DNA from: Candidatus Pacearchaeota archaeon
GTDB taxonomy: Archaea; Nanobdellota; Nanobdellia; Pacearchaeales; GW2011-AR1
DNA length: 64,000 nucleotides
Direction of reading: 5' to 3'
Assembly: GCA_050303855.1 (NCBI GenBank)
Contig: JBNLCO010000010.1
Coordinates: 158,207 to 222,206, forward strand
In this document: one piece after another, positions 9,797-19,264 of the stretch
How positions within the stretch are numbered: the first letter of the stretch is position 1
How the letters are laid out: the number at the start of each line of letters is the position of its first letter
The notes under the pieces: generated by a model
Seen by the model: only the letters and a program-made list of their open reading frames with translations
What the model was told of the DNA's origin: nothing
Databases searched by the model: none
Made by a program: the position numbers and the translations under genes

Positions 9797-11602
9797 ATGT
9801 GTGGAATAAACGGATTTAATTTTTTAGACAAAAAAACTCTAAGATCTATGAATGGGTCTCTGAGTCATAGGGGCCCTGACGGATCAGGAGAATTCTTTGA
9901 TACAAGGGGCAAAGTTTCACTCGGGCATCTAAGACTTTCTATTATTGACTTATCTAAAAAAGGATCTCAGCCAATGACTTATACCCACAAAGGGAAGAAG
10001 GTAGTTATTGTATTTAATGGGGAAATCTATAATTTTATGGAAATAAAAGAAGATCTCTTGAAAAAAGGACATAGGTTTAAATCAAATTCGGATACGGAGA
10101 TTATAACTGCAAGTTATTTGGAATGGGGAAAGGAATGTGTAAAGAAGTTCAACGGTATGTGGGCTTTTTGTATCTATGATCCTCAAAAAGAAATCTTGTT
10201 CTTATCCAGAGACCGAATTGGAAAAAAGCCAATTTACTATTACTTTGATAAGAAGAAATTTATTTTTTCATCAGAAATAAAGGGTATATTGGAACATAAA
10301 GTAAAGAAAAAAATAAATCCAGAGTCATTGGATCTTTATTTCTCTCTAGGATTCATCCCTGCTCCTTATTCAATTTATGAGAATATATTTAAGCTAGAGC
10401 AAAGACAATCAGTGATATTTGATTTGAACAAGAAAAAACTTACAAAAGAATATTATTATCACTGGCCCGAATATTCACCAAAGAGAAATAAAGATAAGAA
10501 TATCGAAGAAATAAAGAATCTTCTGAGGGACTCGGTTAAGAGGAGAATGATTTCTGATGTCCCTTTAGGCGCTTTCCTTTCTGGAGGTCTCGATAGCTCG
10601 ACAATAGTTAACTTTGCAAAGAAACTAAACCCAAACATAAATACTTATTCAATTGGATTTGAAGGCAAATATGATGAAACCCAAAACATAAACCAAATAG
10701 TTAAAAAATTCAAGACAAAACACCACCATAAATATTATCACGAATCTGATTTCAAAAAAGGTTTAAAGAAAATATTTTATTACTATGATGAGCCTTTTTC
10801 GGATCCTTCCATGTTTCCAACTATATTTCTTTCAAGGTTTGCTCGTCAAAAAATCACAGTATCTCTTAGCGGAGATGGAGGGGATGAAATTTTTGGAGGT
10901 TATCCAAGGTACAAAAAAGCAAAACAACTTGAGAAATTAATGAAAATCCCAAGATTTTTAAGAAAAATTGTTTTACATCTCCCCCTGCCTTATTCTCTCA
11001 AAGAAGGAATCAAATTAAGTTTGAATAAAAAGGATTTGTTCTATTCTGAAGCAAGAAGTGATTTCTATAAACCATTCGTTACTAAGAATCTGCTTCAAGA
11101 AAAATTAGCATCGTGTCTTAAAAGAACAAAAGGCAACCTTGTAGAGGCAGTTAGGCTGATGGACATTGAATTTTATACTCTTCCGGATAATTTCTTAACT
11201 AAGGTAGACCGAGCTTCTATGGCCAATGGATTAGAGATTAGATGTCCTTTTTTAGATTACAAAATTATAGAATACTCTATGAAAATTCCAACAAAATATA
11301 GGGTTTCATTATTTAGAGATAAAATTCTTTTTAAGAAAATTATAAAGAATTTCTTGCCCAAAAAGATTATCTCACAAAAAAAGAAAGGATTTACTCCTCC
11401 AATAAATGATTGGATTTCTCGAAAAGAGTACGGAGATACACTCAACAAAATCATATCTGAATTGGAAAAAAATAAGGTGTTGTCTGGAGATTGGATCAAT
11501 TTTTATAAAAAAAGGATACTGGATAGAAACTCTCTTGTTGAAAATAACTATAAAATAAGACTTTATTTGTTCTATGAATGGTATAAACTTTGGATTAAAT
11601 AG
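9797..11602 (+). CDS. asnB: asparagine synthetase B-type glutamine amidotransferase (sugar-amidating?)
   Basis: MCGINGF N-terminal nucleophile and the SGGLDSS PP-loop, 601 aa. Confidence 0.8.
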   Translation: MCGINGFNFLDKKTLRSMNGSLSHRGPDGSGEFFDTRGKVSLGHLRLSIIDLSKKGSQPMTYTHKGKKVVIVFNGEIYNFMEIKEDLLKKGHRFKSNSDTEIITASYLEWGKECVKKFNGMWAFCIYDPQKEILFLSRDRIGKKPIYYYFDKKKFIFSSEIKGILEHKVKKKINPESLDLYFSLGFIPAPYSIYENIFKLEQRQSVIFDLNKKKLTKEYYYHWPEYSPKRNKDKNIEEIKNLLRDSVKRRMISDVPLGAFLSGGLDSSTIVNFAKKLNPNINTYSIGFEGKYDETQNINQIVKKFKTKHHHKYYHESDFKKGLKKIFYYYDEPFSDPSMFPTIFLSRFARQKITVSLSGDGGDEIFGGYPRYKKAKQLEKLMKIPRFLRKIVLHLPLPYSLKEGIKLSLNKKDLFYSEARSDFYKPFVTKNLLQEKLASCLKRTKGNLVEAVRLMDIEFYTLPDNFLTKVDRASMANGLEIRCPFLDYKIIEYSMKIPTKYRVSLFRDKILFKKIIKNFLPKKIISQKKKGFTPPINDWISRKEYGDTLNKIISELEKNKVLSGDWINFYKKRILDRNSLVENNYKIRLYLFYEWYKLWIK

Positions 11603-12707
11603 TTTCAAATATTTTTATAAACCTTTTAGAGAATTTTTTTAATTCAAATTCCTTTATGAATTTTTTTCTTCCCGTAAGACCCATTTTTTTCCTTTTGTTG
11701 AAATTCTTTAACTTTAAAACAGCCTCCGCTATTTCTTCGGGTTTATTTTCCTTTAGAACGAATCCTGTTTTTTCATCATCAATTATTGAGGGTATGGTTG
11801 CTATTCCATTTGCAACAACAGGGATCCCAAACATCATCCCTTCAATTATAACCCTTCCAAAAGTCTCCAAGGGATATTCTGTTGGAAATATTATAATATC
11901 AGACTTACTTAGGACCATGTTTTTTTCCTCTCCTGATTTTTTTCCTAGGTAAGAGATGTTCTCTTGTAGATTGTGTGATGTGGCAAAATTCTTGAATAAA
12001 TTGAATTCGTTTTTTCCAGGAAAAGCGCCAACAAAAGCACAATTAAATTTTAATCCAGATTTTTTTAATAAAACACAAGATTGAAGTAGTTTCATCCATC
12101 CTTTGGAGATATCCATATTTGATAAAAAAAGAAGGTCAAGTTTTCGTTTTGAACTTTTTTTGTTTATAAGTTTACTTAGTTCTTTTTCGGATACCACGTT
12201 CTCAATTGCGTTAGGAAGTAAAATTATGTTCTCTCTAGATATTGAACCGTGTAGATCTTTGATAAGTTCTTCTCCTAACAGAATGATTTTTTGGTTTTTA
12301 ATCATCTTTGATAATTTTCGCTTAAACGATTTTTTTCCCCAATCGTTATCAAGAATCCTACTCCTTAGATGAAAAATAATCTTTCCCGCATAATTCTTCT
12401 TTATTTGTTTCCAGAATAAATAATCTCTCTTGAAACCCCAGGAAGAAGTTGCAGGGACAAAATATATTACGTCTGGGTTAAATTTCTTTAAAGTCTTTTT
12501 AATCATAGATCTTACCTTAAAAAAACCCCTTATTTTTTCGATATTGAATTTTCCTATATCAGATATTTTTTTAGAATAGTTTAGACGAATGTTTTCTACA
12601 TCAAATTTTCTAGAATCATTTAATATCTTAAGGCACATCTCGCTAGAAAGTGCACTCCCGTAATTAGGGGGAGGTAACGGACTTATGAACAAGATTCTCT
12701 TTTTCAT
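11595..12707 (-). CDS. family 4 (GT-B) glycosyltransferase
   Basis: C-terminal EYPLETFGRVIIEGMMFGIPVV...DDEKTGF matches the GT4 E-x7-E region. Confidence 0.7.
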   Translation of the reverse strand: MKKRILFISPLPPPNYGSALSSEMCLKILNDSRKFDVENIRLNYSKKISDIGKFNIEKIRGFFKVRSMIKKTLKKFNPDVIYFVPATSSWGFKRDYLFWKQIKKNYAGKIIFHLRSRILDNDWGKKSFKRKLSKMIKNQKIILLGEELIKDLHGSISRENIILLPNAIENVVSEKELSKLINKKSSKRKLDLLFLSNMDISKGWMKLLQSCVLLKKSGLKFNCAFVGAFPGKNEFNLFKNFATSHNLQENISYLGKKSGEEKNMVLSKSDIIIFPTEYPLETFGRVIIEGMMFGIPVVANGIATIPSIIDDEKTGFVLKENKPEEIAEAVLKLKNFNKRKKMGLTGRKKFIKEFELKKFSKRFIKIFETI

Positions 12708-13435
12708 TTTATCAAGGTTGTGTGTTTAAGGAGGTATTTATTTGCCATAAAACTTCGTTTCACTTTTTTCCAAGTATGTCTGAAATCGGTTATTAACCTA
12801 TAGAACCATTCCAAACCAATAGATTGGAAAAACGTTGGAGATTGTTTTTTGTTCCCTTTTGCATAATCAAAGAATGCACCGACATTAAAGAAAAAAGACA
12901 CATTTACTTTTTCTGATAAATCGTTAGATAAAATTTCCTGTTTGGGGTTTCCAATTGCAATCCAAACATAATCTGTCTTTATTTTTTTTATCTTTTTTAC
13001 TAATTCACTGTCATCAAATTTCTCTTTTTTTAGTTGAGGAAGCCCGTAGTAAAAACAACTTGTTTTTTTTAATAAAGGGTATTTTTCAACAATGTTTTCT
13101 ATATCTTCTTCTGAAAAATTTCCAATAAATAAATGTCTTTTTCCTTTTAGAATAGCCTCATTTTTCATAAAAGAATCTGAGAAATCAGGACCCTTCAATC
13201 TTTTTACGGGTTTTAGAAATTTGAAGGATAATATAATGGAGAGGATAAAACCATCAACAAAGTTATAATTTTTGTCTTTTAATATATGTTCTCTAAAAAT
13301 TTTGTGATTTCTGAACAAATATACAGTGTGAGAATTTACAAAATTAAAAATAGAATTTTTTGGGAATTCATTCTGAGAGATTCTTTCAAATAAACCATTA
13401 ATTGACGTTTCTGTTAAACCTAATGATTCTTTCAT
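12704..13435 (-). CDS. WecB/TagA/CpsF-family (GT26) glycosyltransferase
   Basis: QSIGLEWFYRLITDFRHTWKK is the GT26 C-terminal signature. Confidence 0.75.
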   Translation of the reverse strand: MKESLGLTETSINGLFERISQNEFPKNSIFNFVNSHTVYLFRNHKIFREHILKDKNYNFVDGFILSIILSFKFLKPVKRLKGPDFSDSFMKNEAILKGKRHLFIGNFSEEDIENIVEKYPLLKKTSCFYYGLPQLKKEKFDDSELVKKIKKIKTDYVWIAIGNPKQEILSNDLSEKVNVSFFFNVGAFFDYAKGNKKQSPTFFQSIGLEWFYRLITDFRHTWKKVKRSFMANKYLLKHTTLIK

Positions 13436-13471
13436 GTAAATTTAAGAAATAAGCCCATTAAAAGGGTTTTG

Positions 13472-14866
13472 CTACCCTCTATTTCTTCTCCGAGAATAAA
13501 TTATACCCACAAAATAAATTAGTCTGCTTGCTATCGTAGCGAAACAAGCTCCAAGTACTGCTTGAAACATTCCAGGGGGACCAAAGAAGCCATGATTTAA
13601 ACCATAAGTTATTCCGAAATAGTTAAACCCAATATTAAAAATTGTACTTACGATTAGAAGCTTTGCAATTACACTTGTTTTCTTTTGTGAAATCATATAG
13701 TTATCGTATATTCCTGAAATCGGAAGTAAGAAAATTATAGCCGCTAGAAGTTTTAGGATAGGAACGGCTGTCAGATATTCTGAACCATAAGCAATTTTAA
13801 CAACATAATAAGCGATAAAATAAGTTATTATTGCAGATAAAAATGCGATTAGGAAAGTTATATTTCTAGATTTCTTAAATAATCTTTCTAGAGATCTACC
13901 TTCAAGTTTAGCAAATAAAGGGAATAGTGCTGCAGCAGTAAAACCGATTATTGCTGTGGCAGAACCCACCAAACTAAATGCTGCCCCATAATATGCTATA
14001 AATTCTTCTGAAACAAAATGTCCAAGCATAAGAGTATCAATATATCCAAAAAACACTCCCGAAAGGGCTGTGACCGTTAAAGGGAGAAGGAATTTCTTTA
14101 CTTCTTTTACTTCTTGTTTATCTAATTTTCCAGCTTTCCCTTTTACGAAAGAGACTTTCTTCCTTGCCATGAGGGCAAATATGAAGAGACTAATTGCATA
14201 ACAAATCGTTAAAGAAAGTAAAACAAGTGCTACAACGGTTCCATTTGATAAACTTGTCTTTAGCAAGAACAAAATAGTCAAAGGAACAATTGTCAATCTT
14301 AGGGTCTGAAATATTATTTCCTTTACAAGAGGCATCTTGAAATTATTTGTTGCTTTAAAAGACTGCTCAAAGAAATTTAGGAATCCTACAATTGGTATAT
14401 AAAGGCCTCCTACCAGCAAAGCATAGAATATTGGTTTGTTATAATATCCATTTGCAACAAAATAAGCACTTGCTAGGAGAACTAAGGAGCACACTGTGGT
14501 TAAAACAAATTTCCATCTTAATAAGGTTCTGAAATATTTTTTAGCTTTTTCTAGATCTTTTCTTCCAAGAACTTTAGAAATAAACGTGACAACGCCTGTT
14601 GATATCCCAAAATCAGAAAATGCAGAAAACAAAACAATTGTGGATAGTGCAAGTGAATAAAGGCCCATTCTCTCTGGCATAAGTAGTCTTGCAACGATTA
14701 TTGTGAAAAAAAGTGATCCAAACTTAATTGTCAAATTTTCTGCTAATTGGTAACTAGAATTCTTTATAGCTTGTCCAGTGTTTCCTGAAAAATCTCTCTT
14801 CTTAAAACGCCTGAAAACATTTCTCGCATCTCCTTCTTCCTTTTCTAAAAAATCATCCATGAACAA
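13472..14866 (-). CDS. polysaccharide biosynthesis / oligosaccharide flippase (Wzx-like, MOP superfamily)
   Basis: 464 aa polytopic membrane protein with about 12 predicted TM segments, sitting inside the glycan cluster. Confidence 0.6.
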   Translation of the reverse strand: MFMDDFLEKEEGDARNVFRRFKKRDFSGNTGQAIKNSSYQLAENLTIKFGSLFFTIIVARLLMPERMGLYSLALSTIVLFSAFSDFGISTGVVTFISKVLGRKDLEKAKKYFRTLLRWKFVLTTVCSLVLLASAYFVANGYYNKPIFYALLVGGLYIPIVGFLNFFEQSFKATNNFKMPLVKEIIFQTLRLTIVPLTILFLLKTSLSNGTVVALVLLSLTICYAISLFIFALMARKKVSFVKGKAGKLDKQEVKEVKKFLLPLTVTALSGVFFGYIDTLMLGHFVSEEFIAYYGAAFSLVGSATAIIGFTAAALFPLFAKLEGRSLERLFKKSRNITFLIAFLSAIITYFIAYYVVKIAYGSEYLTAVPILKLLAAIIFLLPISGIYDNYMISQKKTSVIAKLLIVSTIFNIGFNYFGITYGLNHGFFGPPGMFQAVLGACFATIASRLIYFVGIIYSRRRNRG

Positions 14867-14910
14867 CGAAGGAGGATTTTATTTTTATATATATTGGATT
14901 TAAAGAAATC

Positions 14911-16428
14911 TTAATCTTTATGAATCTTTTTTATTATCTCGCCAAATGCAGGTCTTGTAATGAAAACCCCTACAGAAATACCAATTATTGTTGTTATTGC
15001 GAACCCTTTTAATAAACCTGCTCCAGCCCACATTAGAGGAAGTAGTGAAACCAATGCGGTGAAATAAGCTCCCATAATTATTGCAAATGCCCTTTTCAAC
15101 CTTTGCTTGAGGCTCATAACCGTCTTGTTTCTAGATTCGTCAAGCAAAACAATTTGATCATCAAATCCTGTACCAATTGTAGCCAGTATTCCCGCAATTC
15201 CCGCTAAATCTATGTTCCAATCTATTAAAGAAGCTATCCCTAAAATAATTATAATTTCTGAAAAACTAACCACAACTAGAGCTATTGAAGACTTAAAATC
15301 ACGGTATCTAATGAACACCACAATTGATGCTGCTATAAGTGCGGCTATTCCAGCAAGCATGATGAATTTTATGAAATTATTTCCAAGGGTGGGAGATATT
15401 GTATCAAGCTTTACAATTTCTAATTGGTAAGGCAAGCTACCTGTTATTAAAACTGTTTTAAGTCTATTCATTTCTGCCTGAGCGTTGTCGTATGCTTCTT
15501 CGATAGTTGCCCCTGATTCTGAACCCGAAATAGAAATTCTTGTTTCTAATTGGCCTTTAAGTCCTGTACTAATTTGTAAGCTACTTACAAGAGAATCATC
15601 AACATAAAGGTCAAGTGATTCTTCCAAATAAGTTGGATTGGAATCATTTGATGAAAGATTAGACGTTACTTTTGCGAATTTCTTTGCTGCTTCTGGGCTT
15701 AGAGTTATTCCGAATTGGAAACTACAAACTGGATCGTTGGTAGGGCAGGACACATAAGACTCTTGGGCATTGTTACTTACGGAAGCTATATCTTTATCCC
15801 CTCCAATAAATACAATTTCATCCCCGATTTTGGCTTCAAATTTACCTTGATTTTCGATTAGATCTTTCAAGTCTTTAGGGGTAGATCCTGCAATCTCTAT
15901 TAACATGAAATAATTCCCATCCAAATCTCTTACTGGGCTTACCTTAACATCGGATAAACCATATACGTTTAATCTGTTTGTTGTAATTGAAACCAAATCG
16001 CTTATTTCTTCTGAATTTAATTCTTGCCCTTTAGCTTTGATTAACGCTCTTGCCCCTCCTGATAAATCCAACCCAGTTTTTATAGAAGTTTTGGGTATTT
16101 GGGCAACGGTTATTTCAGGGGCTGAACTAGAATAATAAATTATCTCTGAACCCTTTGTTTGAAAAACCATTTTTGTGTTTCCATTCAAGAATTTCCCTTG
16201 CAAATAATTTGAGAAATCTGAAAGGTTTTCTATTTTTACATTGTCAATAGAAGTTATTATTTGTCCTTGCCGGAATCCTTGGTCAAAAGCGGTAGAATTG
16301 GCTTCTACGCTAGTAACCAAAACTCCTTTTTGTAAAATGGTAAAACCATTTGATGAAACGAAAATAGACAATAAGGAGATCAAAATTAGGATTAACCAGA
16401 TCCAAGTCTTAATTCCAAGTTTCTTCAT
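14911..16428 (-). CDS. secD: protein-export membrane protein SecD
   Basis: GLDLSGGARALIKAKG SecD motif, large periplasmic domain and C-terminal TM bundle. Confidence 0.8.
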   Translation of the reverse strand: MKKLGIKTWIWLILILISLLSIFVSSNGFTILQKGVLVTSVEANSTAFDQGFRQGQIITSIDNVKIENLSDFSNYLQGKFLNGNTKMVFQTKGSEIIYYSSSAPEITVAQIPKTSIKTGLDLSGGARALIKAKGQELNSEEISDLVSITTNRLNVYGLSDVKVSPVRDLDGNYFMLIEIAGSTPKDLKDLIENQGKFEAKIGDEIVFIGGDKDIASVSNNAQESYVSCPTNDPVCSFQFGITLSPEAAKKFAKVTSNLSSNDSNPTYLEESLDLYVDDSLVSSLQISTGLKGQLETRISISGSESGATIEEAYDNAQAEMNRLKTVLITGSLPYQLEIVKLDTISPTLGNNFIKFIMLAGIAALIAASIVVFIRYRDFKSSIALVVVSFSEIIIILGIASLIDWNIDLAGIAGILATIGTGFDDQIVLLDESRNKTVMSLKQRLKRAFAIIMGAYFTALVSLLPLMWAGAGLLKGFAITTIIGISVGVFITRPAFGEIIKKIHKD

Positions 16429-17318
16429 CTTGAACCTCCGTGTTTTTTATGGAAGTACCACTTAAGTATTGAAACATTGGTGATCCAAGTGTTTATCATA
16501 TCAAAGAATAATCCTATTACAAGGATTGTGAAAATTTGAGTTAAAATTTCTGAGAAAGATGAGGCAACAAACAGAGCTATTGCCATAGCAAAAAATGAAG
16601 TTAAAGTCATAGTCATACCGGTCTTAAAAGCCCCAGATATTCTTTCGTTTAGAGAGCCTTCGTGACGTTTCAATACTCTGTTTGTAAGAAGGATATCCGT
16701 ATCCACAGAATAACCAATAAGCATAAGCAAAGCAATTATTCCTGCGCTAGACATCTTTATTCCAAAGAGATTTATTGCAACAAGGGTTAACAGGATATCT
16801 GCAAAAGCAGAAATTATAACTGCTCCTGAAGGAATTAGATCTTTGAAAATTATGAAAACAACTATTGCCATAAATAAGAATGCTACAAGAACTGCAATTA
16901 TCAATTGCTTATAGAAACTTTCACCAAAAGAAGATCCTGTTGAAATTATGTCTGAATTCTCTCCAGATATTAATTCGTAACCCAAGAATGTCTCTAATTC
17001 GGCTTTAGCTGTGTCAACATCTGAAGTAGTTTCTATTGTGAGGGCTATTTGCTCTTGAGTTAGAAGATCAGAGATTTCTCTTACTGCGAGATTATCCAAT
17101 TTTGGTTCTAGAGCTAAGGTTAATTCGGAAGCGGATATTTTATCATAAACAGTTATTGAAGTTCCCCCTGTAAGGGAGATATCTTTCTCAAAGAATGCTC
17201 CGTGGTTTGAATTATAAACTCCAAGATAAACTAGTGAAAATAGGATTAAAACTGCAGGGATAATTAGCAAATATTTGTAAGATTTATCATGCCAGTGTTT
17301 TTTTGTTGATTCTTCCAT
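16425..17318 (-). CDS. secF: protein-export membrane protein SecF
   Basis: LLMLIGYSVDTDILLTNRVLK SecF motif. Overlaps secD by 4 nt. Confidence 0.8.
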   Translation of the reverse strand: MEESTKKHWHDKSYKYLLIIPAVLILFSLVYLGVYNSNHGAFFEKDISLTGGTSITVYDKISASELTLALEPKLDNLAVREISDLLTQEQIALTIETTSDVDTAKAELETFLGYELISGENSDIISTGSSFGESFYKQLIIAVLVAFLFMAIVVFIIFKDLIPSGAVIISAFADILLTLVAINLFGIKMSSAGIIALLMLIGYSVDTDILLTNRVLKRHEGSLNERISGAFKTGMTMTLTSFFAMAIALFVASSFSEILTQIFTILVIGLFFDMINTWITNVSILKWYFHKKHGGSR

Positions 17319-17329
17319 TTGAAATTCTA

Positions 17330-17417
17330 TGCGCGGACCGGGGATCGAACCCGGATCAACTGGTCTCTTCAGACAACCTGTGGAAGCCAGTTATTCTAAC
17401 CATTAAACTATCCACGC
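17330..17417 (-). tRNA. tRNA-Gly(UCC) with a 16-nt intron at canonical 37/38
   Basis: Hand-folded. Acceptor GCGTGGA/TCCGCGC, D-stem GTTT/GAAT, anticodon arm ACTGG-CTTCCA[CAGGTTGTCTGAAGAG]A-CCAGT, T-arm CCGGG-TTCGATC-CCCGG, discriminator A. The intron pairs CTTC/GAAG with the loop, consistent with a bulge-helix-bulge. Confidence 0.75.
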
Positions 17418-17777
17418 CTATTTATCTATATTGTGGGTGTGTTTTAAAGGTTTTTGCTTTTCCCAATGTAATTTTCTATGGCAGTTGGCACAAAGCACTT
17501 TGCATTTTTTAATCTCATGAAGTATCCTCTTAATTGAATATCCTTCGGAAACCATCTTGGCAACTTCCATTTCTTTATCATCCCTTTGGTGATGAAAATC
17601 TATTGTGGCGGGATGGTTTTCTTTGCAAATTGTGCAACCCAAACTATCCTTATAGTTGCGAAACCAGGATTTTATTTCTTTTTTCCTTCTTGCCACGTGC
17701 TTTATCTCTGATTCCTTATTTTTGCTGTACCAATTTTTCCGATACTCCAATCTTTTTTTACGGTCTTTGAAGGGCAT
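17418..17777 (-). CDS. HNH endonuclease family protein
   Basis: CTICKENHPATIDFHHQRDD...CKVLCANCHRKLH is an HNH zinc-finger nuclease pattern with a basic N-terminal region. Its stop codon abuts tRNA-Gly. Confidence 0.6.
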   Translation of the reverse strand: MPFKDRKKRLEYRKNWYSKNKESEIKHVARRKKEIKSWFRNYKDSLGCTICKENHPATIDFHHQRDDKEMEVAKMVSEGYSIKRILHEIKKCKVLCANCHRKLHWEKQKPLKHTHNIDK

Positions 17778-17831
17778 ATAAATTTCAGGATTTAAACCAT
17801 TATAAAAGGTTGTAACCTCTTAAGAATAAAA

Positions 17832-17907
17832 CGCCCGAGACAGGATTTGAACCTGCGACCTATTCCTTAGGAGGGAATCGCTCTAATCCAGGCTGAGCTA
17901 CCCGGGC
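17832..17907 (-). tRNA. tRNA-Arg(CCU)
   Basis: Hand-folded cloverleaf. Acceptor GCCCGGG/CTCGGGC, D-arm GCTC..GAGC, anticodon arm ATTCC-CTCCTAA-GGAAT, T-arm GCAGG-TTCAAAT-CCTGT. Confidence 0.8.
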
Positions 17908-17933
17908 AATTGTTCTCAGAACAAGAAAAGGAG

Positions 17934-17942
17934 ATTTAAATG
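17934..17942 (-). promoter_or_regulatory. TATA-like box (TTTAAAT) about 28-34 nt upstream of tRNA-Arg
   Basis: AT box at an archaeal-promoter-appropriate distance from the tRNA 5' end. Confidence 0.35.
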
Positions 17943-17990
17943 TTATGCAAGGAACTAAATCTTTAATAATAAGGCTTTAGATGCGAAATA

Positions 17991-18806
17991 ATGGTTACAA
18001 AGAACATCATATCTGACTATGAAATTGAAAAAGGTAGGAAAGTTCTTGAAAACCACCTTGTTTACCCTTTAACAAAAGAAGGAGCATTTGAATCAGGATT
18101 GTGGTGCATAAGCAGTCAGGCAACACCTTGGGAAATGGCCTCCAACATAATCTATAAACTTAGGGAAAATTCTTATCCAGGAGACCCTCATGCAAAAAAG
18201 AAGATTTCTCGGATGGAAACTCTTAAGGATGTAGGAGAAGTTAACAAGTCTGCTAAAGAAGCGGGATGGAGGTTTGCAAAGGGAAATAGATTCAACGATT
18301 TTATTAATTATTTCTCAAAAGAGGAAATATCTTCAAAGGACTGGCACTATGAAGTTAGAGATGCCAATAATGAATATAGAAAACAAATTGTGAAGGATGT
18401 TGGGTGGCTAGGCTTGAAGACTTTCTCATTTTGGAACATCTGTTTGGGAGGAAAAGATTTTCTTGCATTAGATGTATGGATTCTAAAAGATCTTAAGAAA
18501 TTAGGTTTAGATATAAAAGAGGAATATGTTGTAGCTCAGAGTAGGAATGTGGGAAAACAAAAAGTAAGGAAGACCCCTAGGGAAAAAGAATATTGTAAGG
18601 TAGAAAACGAAGCAAGAGAATTATTTTCTAAAGATAAAAGATTCCTACAAGAAGATGGAAAGGTCGACCTTGCTTTAGTAGATAGTGTTTTATGGTGGAG
18701 AGGTGCAAACAGAGGTACTTTGTATCAGCAGTCTCTTTTTGAAGAAGAAGTACTTTTAGAAATGCCTTATCAAAATATGCGGAGAACAGGATTCGAACCT
18801 GCGTAG
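17991..18806 (+). CDS. putative archaeal-type 8-oxoguanine DNA glycosylase/AP lyase (COG1059 Ogg-like). The 3' end overlaps tRNA-Leu on the other strand
   Basis: GLKTFSFWNICLGGKDFLALDVWILKDL resembles the COG1059 helix-hairpin-helix region. The last 29 nt of the ORF (..MRRTGFEPA) run antisense through the tRNA T-arm. Confidence 0.45.
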   Translation: MVTKNIISDYEIEKGRKVLENHLVYPLTKEGAFESGLWCISSQATPWEMASNIIYKLRENSYPGDPHAKKKISRMETLKDVGEVNKSAKEAGWRFAKGNRFNDFINYFSKEEISSKDWHYEVRDANNEYRKQIVKDVGWLGLKTFSFWNICLGGKDFLALDVWILKDLKKLGLDIKEEYVVAQSRNVGKQKVRKTPREKEYCKVENEARELFSKDKRFLQEDGKVDLALVDSVLWWRGANRGTLYQQSLFEEEVLLEMPYQNMRRTGFEPA

Positions 18807-18861
18807 GCACTAAGCCATAAGAGCCTTAATCTTACCCATTTGACCACTCTGGCATCTCCGC
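18778..18861 (-). tRNA. type-II tRNA (Leu); anticodon loop TTAAGGC read as AAG (G37), uncertain
   Basis: Hand-folded. Acceptor GCGGAGA/TCTCCGC, 3-bp D-stem CCA/TGG, anticodon stem TAAGA/TCTTA, 15-nt variable arm (GGC..GCC), T-arm GCAGG-TTCGAAT-CCTGT, discriminator A. Confidence 0.65.
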
Positions 18862-18960
18862 ATAAGCACAGAAAAACAAACTTCAGACCCTATAAAAAAG
18901 TTTGGAATGTGGTCTGTAAAGACATAAATGTTTTTAAAATTGGGAGGGTTTGATAAAACC

Positions 18961-19116
18961 ATGACAGATGAATTAGTTCTTAAAATGGCGGTTATTGCAG
19001 GTGCGTCAAACGCTCTTAAGTTAAAAGAGAAGAATCCTAGTTGGAATGATGATAAAATATTCCAGAAGATCAACGATCAAATTCTTGAGATTTTAAGCAA
19101 ACTCGATAGAGAATAA
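18961..19116 (+). CDS. small hypothetical protein (51 aa)
   Basis: ATG at 18961 is preceded by GGGAGGG (SD-like) about 10 nt upstream. The six-frame ORF starts earlier at 18928. Confidence 0.3.
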   Translation: MTDELVLKMAVIAGASNALKLKEKNPSWNDDKIFQKINDQILEILSKLDRE

Positions 19117-19121
19117 AAAGG

Positions 19122-19129
19122 TTTAAATA
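19122..19129 (+). promoter_or_regulatory. TATA-like box (TTTAAATA) upstream of 5S rRNA
   Basis: About 22-28 nt upstream of the predicted 5S 5' end. Confidence 0.35.
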
Positions 19130-19149
19130 GCCCTTATTTCTTGAAAAAT

Positions 19150-19264
19150 TAAGACGGCCATAGTAGCGATGGTTCCACCTGGTCTCTTTCCGAACCCAGA
19201 AGTTAAGCATCCTACGTTGTTACCGGTACTGTCCTGCAAGATGGGAAAGTAACAAGCTGTCCTA
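19150..19264 (+). rRNA. rrf: 5S ribosomal RNA (standalone, not linked to 16S/23S)
   Basis: GGCCATAGTAGCGATGGTTCCACCTGGTCTCTTTCCGAACCCAGAAGTTAAGC matches the conserved 5S loop B/helix III/loop C region. Helix I pairs TAAGACGGC with GCTGTCCTA. A T8 run follows. Confidence 0.75.
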
